Part shown: one piece after another, positions 39,470 to 50,830 of the stretch | Position numbering within the stretch: the first letter of the stretch is position 1 | How the letters are laid out: each line of letters starts with the position of its first letter | Assembly: GCF_963921235.1 (NCBI RefSeq) | Contig: NC_086109.1 | Span: forward strand, 25,980,001 to 26,044,000 | Length of the DNA stretch: 64,000 nt | Direction of reading: 5' to 3' | DNA from: Mobula hypostoma | Lineage: Eukaryota | Position numbers and translations under genes: made by a program | The notes under the pieces: model-generated | Databases searched by the model: none | The model's input: only the letters and a program-made list of their open reading frames with translations | What the model was told of the DNA's origin: nothing

Positions 39470-39625
39470 TGAGTGTAAAACCTCTCGTGCAGTACCCTTG
39501 AATTGTTAGTGATACTGTCCGTCAAGTGAGTGGATGAACCGAGGCCCTAGCTGCTTTCACAGATAGCAAAAGTTATCCTTGATGACTTGGCCAATATTTA
39601 TCCTTCACTTCAGCATCACCAAGAC
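39470..39625 (+). mobile_element. Decayed Deu-domain SINE
   Basis: gtgcagtac...gatgaaccgaggccctagctg...tggccaatatttatccttca resembles the DeuSINE core as I recall it. Confidence 0.55.
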
Positions 39626-39916
39626 TTTTGGATAGCATTGCCCTCTCCTCCACTACCATCTTCCTTTTAAAATAAAAGTGCATATTTGGCCCAACTTTTT
39701 ATTGCCCCTCTTACTAAACTCTTTTGGCAGAGTGACTACCTTCCATGACTTGTATTGGGAACTCTTCTTTTTAAAAGGGCTTTGGGTGATGATATCATAT
39801 ACAAGTATATCTTGCACAAGTGAAAGCTGGGAACACATCCTTTTCTCTAAACAATGTGAAACCACCAGGACCACCTCCAGGGCAAGAAGAGTTGCGGTTC
39901 CCAAACTTCCTTCCAG

Positions 39917-40238
39917 AAGAACATAAGAAAAAGGAGCAGGAATAAGTCATCTGGCCCCTTGAGCCTGCTCCGTCACTCAATAACCTCATGGCCAACCAGG
40001 CCAAGCAGGTCATGGACTCATCTCTACCTACGTGACTTTCCCCCATTACCCCTAATTTCTGCACGATGCGAAAATCTGTCCAAGTTGCTTAAATATATTA
40101 GTGGGGCACGTCTCATGCTTTCCTGGGCAGAGAATTCCATGGAAAAGCAGTTTCTCCTCATCTCCATTCTAAGTCAACTCTCCCGAATTCTGAGGGTATG
40201 TCTCCTTGTTCTAGACTCACCTACCCGTGGAAACAACG
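39917..40238 (-). mobile_element. CR1 LINE 3' end
   Basis: aagaacataagaaaaaggagcaggaataagtcatctggccccttgagcctgctccgtcactcaat is the antisense CR1 3' UTR. Confidence 0.82.
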
Positions 40239-40764
40239 TTTTTGTTAAAAAATATATACGTTTGAAAAGATTACCTTCATTTGTCACTTGCACGTCTTCT
40301 ATATTTAACTTGTCAGTGTTTTGAAAATAAAACTGTTAAGTTTTCACTGTGTAAGAGTTTAACAAAGGGTCATCTAAATCTATAAGCACACATTACCAAT
40401 TTTTTTTTAATGAGATGAACTTAGTAATCAGTAGTCACAGCAATACTTTGCTATGAGGTAATACTACATCCATTTTGGAAGACAAATATTTTGTTAACTG
40501 TATCATAGAATTCACATACATCAAAATGAGTTAGCATCATCAATATTCAGCTTTTGTGCCAAGTGAATCTGCAGACAACACTCAGGTAAAGGATTTTGAA
40601 GCTAGTAACCTGGTTACCAATGTCACGTATCATTGGAAAATGCAGTGAAATCGGAATGCATTTCTGAACATTTCTATGTGTTTCCAATAAGTTTTATAAA
40701 AGTGGAAGATTAGCAAGATGAGTTATTTCATGCACATGGAGTCAGATAGATTAACTAGCAAATA

Positions 40765-41526
40765 CACTCAGTGGCCACTTTAATAAGTATGTCCTATACC
40801 TAATGAAATGGCCACTGAGACCATGTTCATGGTCTTCTGCTGCTGTAGCCCATCCACTTCAAGGTTCAATGTGTTGTGCTTTCAGAAATGCTCTTCTGCA
40901 CACCACTGTTGTAATGCTTGGTTATTTGAGTTACTGTCACCTTCCTGTCAATTTGAACTAGTCTGGCCGTTCTCTTCTGACCTCTCTCATCAACAAGCCC
41001 ACAGAACTGCCACTTACTGGATGTTGTTTTGTTTTTTGCACCATTCTCTGTAACCTCTGAGAATGGTTTGTTGTCCATGAAGATCCCGGGTAATCAGCAG
41101 TTTTTGAGATACTCAAACCATCCCATCTGGCACCAGCAATCATTTCCAGGTCAAAGTCCCTTAGATCACATTTCTTCCCCCTTGTGATGTTTGGGCTAAA
41201 CAACAACTGAACCTCTTGACCATGTTTTCGTCACACACAGGAACTCAACAGGCCAGGCAGCATCTATGGAAAAGAGTAAACAGCTGACTTCTCAGGCCAA
41301 GACACTTCACCAGGACTGATTTCCTGATAGTCCATGGATGCTGCCGGGCCTGCTGAGTACCTCCAGCATTTTGTGTGTGCTGCTTGGATTTCCAGCACCT
41401 GCAGATTTTCTCCTGACCATGTTTGCATGCTTTTATGCATTGTGATGCTGCCACATAGTTGGCGGATTAGATATTTGTATTAACGAGTAGGTGTATAGGT
41501 GTACCTAATACAGTGTCCACTGAGTG
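40765..41526 (-). mobile_element. Non-autonomous Tc1 element, copy 2, interrupted by a PLE insert
   Basis: TA-cactcagtggccacttta...gtgtccactgagtg-TA; remnant GKKCDLRDFDLEMIAGARWDGLSISKTAD. Confidence 0.9.
41228..41413. mobile_element. Fold-back PLE 3' insert with 11-bp TSD
   Basis: TGACCATGTTT at 41217-41227 and 41414-41424; inverted arms gaactcaacaggccaggcagcatc / gatgctgccgggcctgctgagtac. Confidence 0.85.
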
Positions 41527-41989
41527 TATATTCCATCTTTAACTTTACCATCTGAGTCCATTGCATTTTTAACTTTTTTCACAACCTGCAGAAAAAGTCT
41601 TGATTGCATTTGTGGAATCAGGACCATCAATCCTTCCAAAATAGGACATGGGATCTTTAATTACCGTCCTCCTACAAGTGAACAGGATGGGTTACAGTAA
41701 TTAGCAGAGAAGCTAGTTAAAGTTTCTTCATCATTTCATAGTTTAAAGGGCGATTCACTGCGTGAAGCAGTGTAACATGACATCTTTGAAAACCAATACT
41801 GCTCTGCCACTTTGCATGTTGCTGGCCTTCAGAATACATAATATGACTGGGGAACCATGCCTGTCCATTATGTACATCAGGAACACATTCAATGCACTAT
41901 ACTCTGCTTGTCAAACAGTTCAAAAATGCAGAACCAACTACGACCATTTCTCTTGATGACTTCCTCCGGTTATAGTTAATCATTTTTAT

Positions 41990-42470
41990 TGCACCTTGCG
42001 GTACAGGAATCAAATGTAATTATTATTTGAAAAGAATGACTGTAGGCATAATTAGCCAAGAAATAATGATTAATCTATTACAACGTTATTGACTTTGAGC
42101 AGACCTCATTCCAGTGTTGCTTGATGTTTGGAAGGGAAGTTATCTTACAGTTTTTTAAAGAATGCACTTCAAAGCCAATTACCTCAGCCAGAAATTAAGC
42201 GGTTTCAAGCATTAACCCGAACGTTAATTTTCTTCCTTGTGTCCACTTCCATTTAGAGCGAGGGCTACCTTGACAGGGGAGAGATAGCCTGTTCACATTC
42301 AAGCTCCTCTCTCGAGATTTGATCTCACAACCCAGTTCAGTGCTTCAGTGCATTGTTGAAAGAATGCGAGCAATGGAGCACTGATTAATGAAATACAGAT
42401 CAATATACTGTAATAATGTTTATTAACTTATCACGTAATAGATCACTATTTCTGTGATAATCCAAATAGG
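41990..42470. promoter_or_regulatory. Candidate conserved non-coding element/enhancer
   Basis: Repeat-free block rich in TAAT/ATTA and TGATTAAT (twice), with TGACAG and CATTGT motifs. Conservation not verified. Confidence 0.35.
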
Positions 42471-42489
42471 TGATGATCGAACTTTCTCA

Positions 42490-43710
42490 GGTTACTGCCA
42501 CCTTTCCCAGACCACTTCCCCATTGCCCCCCACATCTTCTAGCCATTACATAAAAACTGTAAAGAATTTTGATTTATGATGGATAGAGAAAGAAAATAGC
42601 AACTGCAAATTCAAAGCAGTGAAAAATAATTGTAAAAATTACTCAGATCTATTTAGAGCTACAAATAAAAATATTTTTTTATTTAATTACAATAAAAACA
42701 ATTTTCATGAAGATTAGAGTGTACATTAGTAGTCCAAGTATTCACTACTTCATTACTTTTTCGCCTTTCGATGAGTTGGATGGGCTTGGTGCAGTGATAT
42801 CAGCTTCTCAGCATCAGGCTGAATGCCACTCAAGAGTCTCGGATCCCCACGTTCAGTAATTTGCATTCTGTTTTGTTGCTTCAAAGGAAGATGGGCAACT
42901 GCACTGAAATCATGTTTTGCTAAATGTGATGTTGGAAAGGCAATCAAGAATAACTTAACCTTTTTCCACAGTGCAGGATAGCATTCACGGATCTCCTTCT
43001 GCAACCAAAAGTCTTGATATGATTTTTTGAACCTCAGTTTCAGCTCAAAGTCATTTTGTAGTGAGATCAGTTGTTCATCCATCCTTCCTGTTAATTCCTC
43101 CTTCAGAACTGAATGTATTACCTAATATGGAAATTGGATCAAGAGAAGATCCCAAAATCTCTCTGACATGTCTTTATGCAGCTCACCCAAGTGGGCACAG
43201 TATTCCTGAAGATCAACATCTGGCATTCTCTCTTTCTTGTCCAACTCATGAAGGCTTCGAAAATGGAAAAGATCACAATGGTCAATGAAGCATTTAAGTA
43301 AGGTTAACTTGAACAAAAATGTGGGGATGATTTTGATAAGATTCAAATTATTTCCTTGTAATAGATGATTGAGTTCATTAACCTTTGTGAATAATTCTGA
43401 CAAATAAGCAATATCATGCCTAATATTCTTGAGTTGATCAGTGAGTAAAGCATTTGCGTCTTCAAAGGACTTAATCACAGTTTCACAAAGCGCATAAAAG
43501 TATCCCAGGCAGTTTCCTTTTGAGAGGCACCTGACTCCTATGTGCAACAGCAAGTGCTCAAGTTGTTCATCATTCTCAATACGAAGCTCTAAAAATGTGG
43601 GACTTTATTTCATTTAACGCTGCAATAACAGTACTTAGTGATTTGTGCAGCCGGTCACATTTTTTTTTTACGACAAGATGTTATATGTGAATTTCACAAT
43701 GAATGGTAAA
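42490..43710 (-). pseudogene. hAT Buster/Charlie-type transposase, C-terminal half (decayed)
   Basis: FTIHCEIH (CxxH), LLHIGVRCLSKGNCL, IAYLSELFTKVNELN..LQG, FWLQKEIRECYPALWKKVKLFLIAFPTSHL (hATC-like domain). Confidence 0.9.
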
Positions 43711-45462
43711 TAAGAACATAAGACATAGGAACAGAATTAGCCCATTCAGCCCATCAAGTCTGTTCCACTATTTAATCATGCCTGATCTATTTTCCTTCTC
43801 AAACCCTTTCTCCTGTCTTCTCCCATGATCTTTCATGCCCTGACGGATCAAGAACATATCAACCACCACCCTAAGTGCACCCAATAACCTGGCCTCCACT
43901 GTCACCTGTAGCAATGAATTCCACAGATTCACTGCCTTCCAGCTAAAGAGATTCCTCTTCATCTCAATTCTAAATTGATGTCCCTTGATTCGGAGGCTGT
44001 ACCCTTGGGTCCTAAACTCCTCACTATAGGAAACAGTCTCTCCACATCCACACTATCTAGGCCTTTCAACATTCAGTAGGTTTCAATGAGATTCCCCCTC
44101 ATTCTTCTAAATTCCAGCAAGTACAGGCCCAGACCCATCAAGTGTTTCTTATATGATAACCCTTACATTCCCAGAATTATTCTCGATAAACTCCTCTCTA
44201 TCTTCTGCAATGTCAGCACATATTTTCTTAGAAAAAGGACCTACAAATGCTCACAATACTCCAAGTGAGGCCTCACCAGTGCCTTATAAAGCCTCGGTAT
44301 TGCATCCTTGTTTTTATTTTCTACTCCTCTCAAAACCATTGCTCACTTTGCATTTGCCTTTCTCACCAGCAACTCAACCTGCAAGTTAACCTTTAGGGAA
44401 TTCTGCACAGGATTCCCAAGCCCTTTTGCACTTCAGGATTTTGAAATTTCTCTTCGTTTAGAAAATAGTTTACACTTTTGTTCCTTCTACCAAAGTGATT
44501 GACCATACACTTTCTGACAGTGTATTCCATCTGTCACTTCTTTGCCCATTCTCCTCAGTCATTCTTCTACGTCTTTCCGTCGCCATCCTTCCTCCTCAAC
44601 ACTACTTGCTCCTCCGCCTTTCTCTGTACCTTGCACATACATGGCCACAAAGCCATCAATTCTGTCATCCAAATCATTGGCGTATAACGTAAAACATCAG
44701 TCCAAAACTGACCCGTGGTGAACACCACTAGTCACTGGCAGCCAACCAGAAAAGGCTCCCTTTATTCCCACTCTTTTCCTCCTGCCAGTCAGCCAATGCT
44801 CTGTTCATGCTCGTATCTTTCCTGTAAATACCATGGATTCGTACCTTGTTAAGCAGCCTCAAATGCAGCAGCTTGTCAAAGGCCTTCTGAAAAGCCAAGT
44901 ACACAACACCCACTGATTATTCTTTGTCTAACCTGCTTGTTATTTCTTAAAAGAGTTCCAAAAGATTTGTCTGGCAAGTTTTTCCCTTAAGAAAACCATG
45001 CTGACTTTGGCCAATTTTATTGTGTGCCTCCTAGTACCTTGAGACCTCATACTTAACAATCTACTCCAGCATTTTCCCTAACCGGCCTACAATTTCCTTT
45101 CTTTGTCTCCCTCAGTTCTTGAAGAGTGGAGTGACACTTGCAGTTTTCCAATCCTCCAGAAGCATGCAGTGTCTAGCTGCATGTCCTTTCGGACAGTCTC
45201 AACACACGCAGCACCTGCTTGTATACCAACTGCCCCGTCCTCAGCCCTACCACTCTAGTTCCCATCTCCCTGTCAAATTAGTTTAAACCCTCCCAACAGC
45301 TCTAACAAACTTGCCCACGAGGATATTGAATCCCCTCTTTTATCCCATCCCTTTCATATAGGTCATGAGATGAGATCCCAGTGATTCAGAAATCTGAATC
45401 CTTGACCCCTGTATCAGTTCCTCAGCTACTATTAACTAGTCAACTCATCCTATTCTTGCCTT

Positions 45463-45679
45463 CAAAGTTGCTGGTGAATGCAGCAGGCCAGGCAGCATCT
45501 CTAGGAAGAGGTATAGTCAATGTTTCGGGCCGAGACCCTTCGCCAGTCCTGATGAAGGGTCTCGGCCCGAAACGTCGACTGTACCCCTTCCTAGAGATGC
45601 TGCCTGGCCTGCTGCGTTCACCAGCAACTTTGATGTGTGTTGCTTGAATTTCCAGCATCTGCAGAATTCCTCGTGTTTG
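45463..45679. mobile_element. Young fold-back PLE 3' insert with 13-bp TSD
   Basis: CTATTCTTGCCTT at 45450-45462 and 45680-45692; near-perfect inverted arms of about 80 bp spanning 45462-45633. Confidence 0.92.
45544..45581 (+). ncRNA. Minimal type-I hammerhead ribozyme motif, intact core
   Basis: CAGTC-CTGATGA-A-GGG-TCTCGG-CCC-GAAAC-GTC-GACTG. Helix I is CAGUC/GACUG, helix II is GGG/CCC, and palindromic ACGU replaces helix III. Predicted cleavage after 45576. Confidence 0.8.
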
Positions 45680-46361
45680 CTATTCTTGCCTTTACTGGCG
45701 CGTGGCACAGGCATCAATCCAGACATTACTCCCTGGAGGTCCTGCTTTTAGCTTTCTACCTAACTCCCTAATTTTTCTCTTCAGGATCTCCAGCCTTTTC
45801 CTACCTATGTCATTAACGCCAATGTGTACCACCTGTCCCCTTTAATAAGCCATGGGACCTGATCTGAGACATCCCTCTTCCTGGCACCTGGGAGGTAACA
45901 TATGATCCGGGTATCTCTTTCATATCCACAGAATCTTGTGTCTACTCCCTCAACTGTGGAATCTCCTCCCACTCTTCTCCCCCTTCCCTTCTGAGCCACA
46001 GCGTCTGATTAAGTGCCAGTGATCCATTCCCTCTGGCTTCCCCCTGTAAGGTCACCCCCTCAATAGTATCTAAAGCAGAATACTTATTATTGAGAGGAAC
46101 AGCCACTGGGATATGCTGCACTGACTGCTCATTTCCTTTCCCTCTCCTGACAGTCACCCCAGGTACCTGCCTCCTGCAACTTAGGGGTGGCTACCTTCCT
46201 GTAGCTCCTACCTATTACCTTTCATCAGCACCTACCCACATCATCATTCTCCTGTATGACCTGAAGGTCATTGAGTAGCATCTCCACTTCCTTAACACTT
46301 TCTCTGAGGAGCTGCAGCTTGGTGCATTTCATGCAGATGTAGTTATCCTGGAGGATGTATT

Positions 46362-46720
46362 AGAGGTGTATAAGATGATGAGAGGCATTGATCATGTGGA
46401 GAGTCGGAGGCTTTTTCCCAGGGCTGAAATGGTTGCCACAAGAGGACACAGGTTTAAGGTGCTGGGGTTCAGGGACAGAGGAGATGCCAGGGGTAAGTTT
46501 TTTTATGCAGAGAGTGGTGAGTGCATGGAATGGGCTGCCGGCAACGGTGGTGGAGGTGGATATGATAGGGTCTTTTAAGAGAATTTTGGATAGGTATATT
46601 GAGCTAAGAAAAATAGAGGGCTATGGGTAAGCCTAGTAATTTCTAAGGTAGGGACATGATTGGCACAACTTTGTGGGCTGAAGGGCCTGTATTGTGCCAT
46701 AGGTTTTCTATGTTTCTATG
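46362..46720 (+). mobile_element. Young CR1 3' fragment inserted into the older CR1
   Basis: Translation EVYKMMRGIDHVESRRLFPRAEM..TRGHRFKV; (TTTCTATG)n tail. Opposite orientation to the host CR1. Confidence 0.88.
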
Positions 46721-47150
46721 ATGTCTCCTAGAATTCCCATATGTCATGCAAAGGAAACACCACAGGCCCAGGAGCCTATCTCACTGCATTAACTGACGAA
46801 GAATGAACAAGGAAGTTGCCATAAACCTACCTTTGCACAAGCCTGGTGAGCCAAAGCCTCTCCACTCCATCATCAGTCCGCTCCAACAATGGCCGCTCCA
46901 CTTGCCCCTACCTTATGTTTATTTGCCTATGCTAATGAATTGCGATTTGATTGGGCCACCAGAAAAAGCTGAAAGCCCACAAACACTGCTTTTTAAATCA
47001 CTTGCCCTTAGCTGTGTGGAGCCACTTCTGTCAATTCAATTGAGCCATCGGAAAAAAAGCCGAAAGCCTGCGATCGCCACTTTTTAAATCCCTTGCCCCT
47101 ATGAGGACCTGCCTCTCTTGATTAGATTGGGCTGCTGAAAAAAATTTTTG

Positions 47151-47790
47151 TACAGTTTTATCAGGAAATTAATAACCCTACCGTGGTGTCCTATCATTGA
47201 TAGTGCCTTGTCTGTTGCACAAGCAAGAATGACGCTGAACAGAATGTCCTTCTCTTTGAAAAATTGCTCAACAACCCAAAATATTGACTCCTCCTTACTA
47301 ATGTTTCTAGTCCCTTTGCATATAATTACTCTTGAGCTATGCTATTATCTTTTATAAAGCAAACAGAACCAAGATGCACAGATTTGTTGCCTGGCATAGT
47401 TAATTATGTAGTCCTAATTATGTTGTACAATGTGTCCTCTACGTTCTCAGACATTTCATCTATTCATCTTTGAACAGAGTTGTTGCTGAGCAGAATCACT
47501 TTAGTTTCTTGGTCTGGTGACGTTTGCAAAACTGTACTCAGAGCCTCCCTTACTGCTGGCAGATTCAGTTCTGCAATTCTATAGGGCCTTCCAGATTTAT
47601 CAATGAATAATGAAATGTTGTATGAAGCATGCAAACCATCACTGTTTTGTTGTGAAGTGCTGCCAAACATGCTTTGAAGTGTTTTCTGTTTCTGGAAGTT
47701 TTCACTTAGTGACTGTAAACAAGCTATGTCCCTGTTTGCTTCGTTAGGGTGCATTCCCTTCTAATGGTTAAGGAGCCTTCAAGTGCAGTC
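47151..47790 (-). pseudogene. hAT Buster/Charlie-type transposase, N-terminal half (decayed)
   Basis: DGLHASYNISLFIDKSGRPY.IAE...ILLSNNSVQR and ESIFWVVEQFFKEKDI...ACATDKALSM; collinear with 42490-43710. Confidence 0.88.
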
Positions 47791-48277
47791 AAGGCCATTC
47801 GAACTACGGGTCTAGATAATACTTAAACAATGATCAACTCAAGAAGAAAGTGAAGGTGGCAATTCAAGAACCTATCCATACACTTCTTAAATATACAATA
47901 TTTCTAAGTAGATGAATGAGTTTTTGAACAGCCAAGGCACAGAAGGCATGGACCAAGTGCTTGTAAATGGGATTACTACAGATGGATAGTTGATAGCCAG
48001 CATTAATATAGCATGTACCTGTTCTTAAAGACTATGACAACCAAACAGAATAAGTAATTGCCTCACTGCCATTTTGTTGGACTTTATTAGCTATTATATT
48101 CCTCCTAATTACAACGCCACTAAGAATATTTTATTTTAGTATGGGACATTTTTCACTAGCCTGAAGATATTAACGGCTGCTGGTATTATTACTGAAGATT
48201 AGACTGGAAATGTTCCTAGCTGTGTCGTGCAAAAATGCCCAAAAACGGCTTGCCTCAGCACGGTGGTGCCTCTTTTG

Positions 48278-48408
48278 GAGCTTAGAAAAATAGAGGGCTA
48301 TGGGTAAGCCTAGTAATTTCTAAGGTAGGGAATGTTCAGCACAACTTTGAGGGCCGAAGGGCCTGTTTTGTGCTGTAGGTTTTCTATGTTCTATGTTTCT
48401 ATGTTCTA
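48278..48408 (+). mobile_element. Short CR1 3' end, same subfamily as 46362-46720
   Basis: Near-identical gagcttagaaaaatagagggctatgggtaagcctagtaatttctaaggtaggg...ttctatgtttctatg. Confidence 0.85.
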
Positions 48409-48574
48409 AAACCCAAAGAACAGCCAAATTTACATTTTTTATTGATGGGTATAATACAAAGCTTAAAGGTTGACCATCTTGAGATCTAAAACTATACCTG
48501 AAGTATTCTGAAGTAGTAATCAGCTTGTGTTGCCTGCTTCTCGCTGAAAGTATATGCCTCTAGTATTATGGCAT

Positions 48575-48948
48575 TGTGATGAGAGGCCAAGGTTAGACCC
48601 AAGTGCTGGAGTATCTGAGATGGCAATCGAGACATAATTTCACGACTGAGATGAGAACAAGGATCTTGACTATATGCTAGATGAAAACCTGACGAGACTA
48701 GATCAGAATCCAAACGAGACAGAAATCTTAAACACAATCGCAGGCTGAAGCAAGGATGAGCTGATGATTGAGTATCGAAACTGAGTTCAGGTGCTCTTTA
48801 AAAATCCATATCCTGTCACCAAAACATGGGCACCAATCAGTGGAGCAGGCCAGAATCTTTAACGAGACCATATGCCAGTTATCCATACTCTGGAGAATCA
48901 GAGCACCTGAACCCCGGAGACTGGCGTGGTCGGGTGCATACTATAACA
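48575..48948. mobile_element. Probable solo LTR, about 374 bp
   Basis: TGTGATG...TATAACA termini; flanks GGCAT (48570-48574) and GACAT (48949-48953) form a 5-bp TSD with one mismatch. Confidence 0.6.
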
Positions 48949-49179
48949 GACATATCTCTATTTCATCATGTTAGCTCTTGACTAGTCTAGAAATGGTTTA
49001 AGGTCTTTCATACTGATCACAAAAGTATTAAATTATTGTTCCCAAAACAACTGACAATGAGTTAGCTTGTTTCCTAGACTTTCTGGTGTACATATCACAG
49101 TTGGCATTACCAACAAGACAGCATTTACTGAAATGAAAGCACACTTAGATTTACAGAACACTTAGATTTACAGAAATAT

Positions 49180-49470
49180 GCTCTTTGGTCCATTGAGGCG
49201 GTACCAACTATCAACCACCCGTGCAATTTTACAATAATCCCATTCCCCTTCCATTCTATCAACTCACCTCAGATGTTACCATTCACTTACCCAGTAGGAG
49301 CAATTTGCAGTGGCCAGTTAACCTACTGACTAGCCCAGCTTTGGGATATGGGAGGAAATTGTAGTACTTGGAAGAAGCCCATATGGTCACAAGGAGAAAG
49401 TGTGGTTCCACATTGAGAGTGCCCATGGTCAGGGTAGGCACAGTGACTATTCATTGAATCACTGTGCCAC
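49180..49470 (-). mobile_element. V-SINE/HE1-like SINE, decayed
   Basis: ctttgggatatgggaggaaatt...cccatatggtcacaaggagaa is the antisense V-domain. Confidence 0.7.
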
Positions 49471-50739
49471 CCAACAGAGTGAAAAAATAATAATATTCAG
49501 TATTACAGGGGGAGGAGAAGTATCACTCTTACAGGTGTAATTAGCAGAAGACTGATGCTCTCATTTTCACCATGGGGAAAGTCCCCAAAATGCATACTAA
49601 AGCATTCTGACCTAGAATCCCATAAATACCTTGGCTAAAAGCAATCAATCGTCAAAGGCCACTATATTGCCACTATATTTATAACGTTGCAAGAAGCAAA
49701 AATCTAATTAAAATGGTCAACATGGGTCCATTAGTTATGTGCTAGAAGTCTATTGGCTCCAATTTGCTGAATATTTTGTTAATAGTGCTCAACTTTGTTT
49801 ATTGTCGACAATTAAAGCACACTTTTAGGAATGTGATACCTTCCACTGCTAAATGATTTATTGTGAAACCGAAGCAGTACTGCACACAACGGGATAAGGA
49901 TTTCTCTTGAATGACAAAATAAGAGGGAAAAAGGCAAACAACGTCTGGTTTCTACTCCATGTAAATTCAAGTTCTGAATCACTGCATCCATCTGAGTGAG
50001 TGTAGGTTAGTGCTAAACTGTTTCGTCCAAGCCCTTGATTGTTTTAGTGAAAACATACAATTGTTTTGCAATACTGAAGTTGATAGTAAGATTTTTTATG
50101 TCATTATGTATTAGTTTACTGAATATTCCCACAGTACCAAAGTCGATAGCAATAATTTTTTAAAATGTCATCATGTATTAGTTACATGAATATTCCCACA
50201 GTTTTGTTTTAGCCTGTAACTGGACATATATGAGAGCACTGATTAACTGTAGCTCTTAAATGGTGGTGATCTTGTTAATATCACCTACAATACTGCAACA
50301 GAACAGATGTGCAACACATGTAACTGGCTGTGTAAAATCATTTGCCTCCTGTGCCATATTTTAGTAGATAACTGCAATCAGAGTAAATCGCCATGGATGC
50401 CTGGGGCTGAAAATGAGCCCATGTACTCAGCATGTTCCAGCACGGCAAATGCTAGATGTGCAAAATGTTCACTCGCTTCTGCAAAGTTTTTAAATCAGAA
50501 GAGATTCCCACAGCAGCAAGGGAGGTGCTGAGGAAATGGGAGTTCAAGTTTCGTTAGCATCTGTCTTTACCTCTGATATTCCACTGCTAATTTCCAGCCA
50601 ATTTGCATGGAAACCTAACCACAACCATTGCGGTAACATTTACATTTTTGTGATATTGTCCCCTGCTCTTCCACAGAACTATCATCAATCGTGCAACCCC
50701 AGCAAAGTGAACAGATGTGACCTAGATTATTTCCGACCT

Positions 50740-50830
50740 TGAGTGTACTCTGCACAAGTGAGAATTTCCTCCCACATTCCAAAGACATGCTGGTAGGCTA
50801 ATTGGCTGTTGTAAATTATTCCTGAGTGTA
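50740..50830 (+). mobile_element. V-SINE/HE1-like core fragment
   Basis: tttcctcccacattccaaagacatgctggtaggctaattggctgttgtaaatt. Confidence 0.65.

Larger units (their letters stand above)
43711..47150 (-). mobile_element. CR1 LINE retaining 5' UTR, ORF1 and internally deleted ORF2, inserted into the hAT transposase
   Basis: 3' UTR at 43711; RT piece GVVYLAFQKAFDKLLH.RLLNKV; ORF1 SGNH-esterase-like GDSTVEGVDTRFCG..RDTRIICYLPGAR..DV and PVAVPLNNKYSALD. Confidence 0.9.

Noticed and set aside
42753..43553. Domesticated ZBED/SCAND3-like host gene
   Set aside because: Frameshifts, stops, decayed conserved motifs and a CR1 insertion show it is a dead transposon.
45440..45726. Recurrent ORFs such as LLVNAAGQAASLGRGTVDVSGRDPSS (also 58483, 59064)
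   Set aside because: These are translations of the non-coding PLE terminal repeat, not a protein family.
48761..48790. Hammerhead-like CTGATGA...GAAAC inside the small solo LTR
   Set aside because: No base-paired helix II after the core, and no properly placed NUH triplet or helix I.
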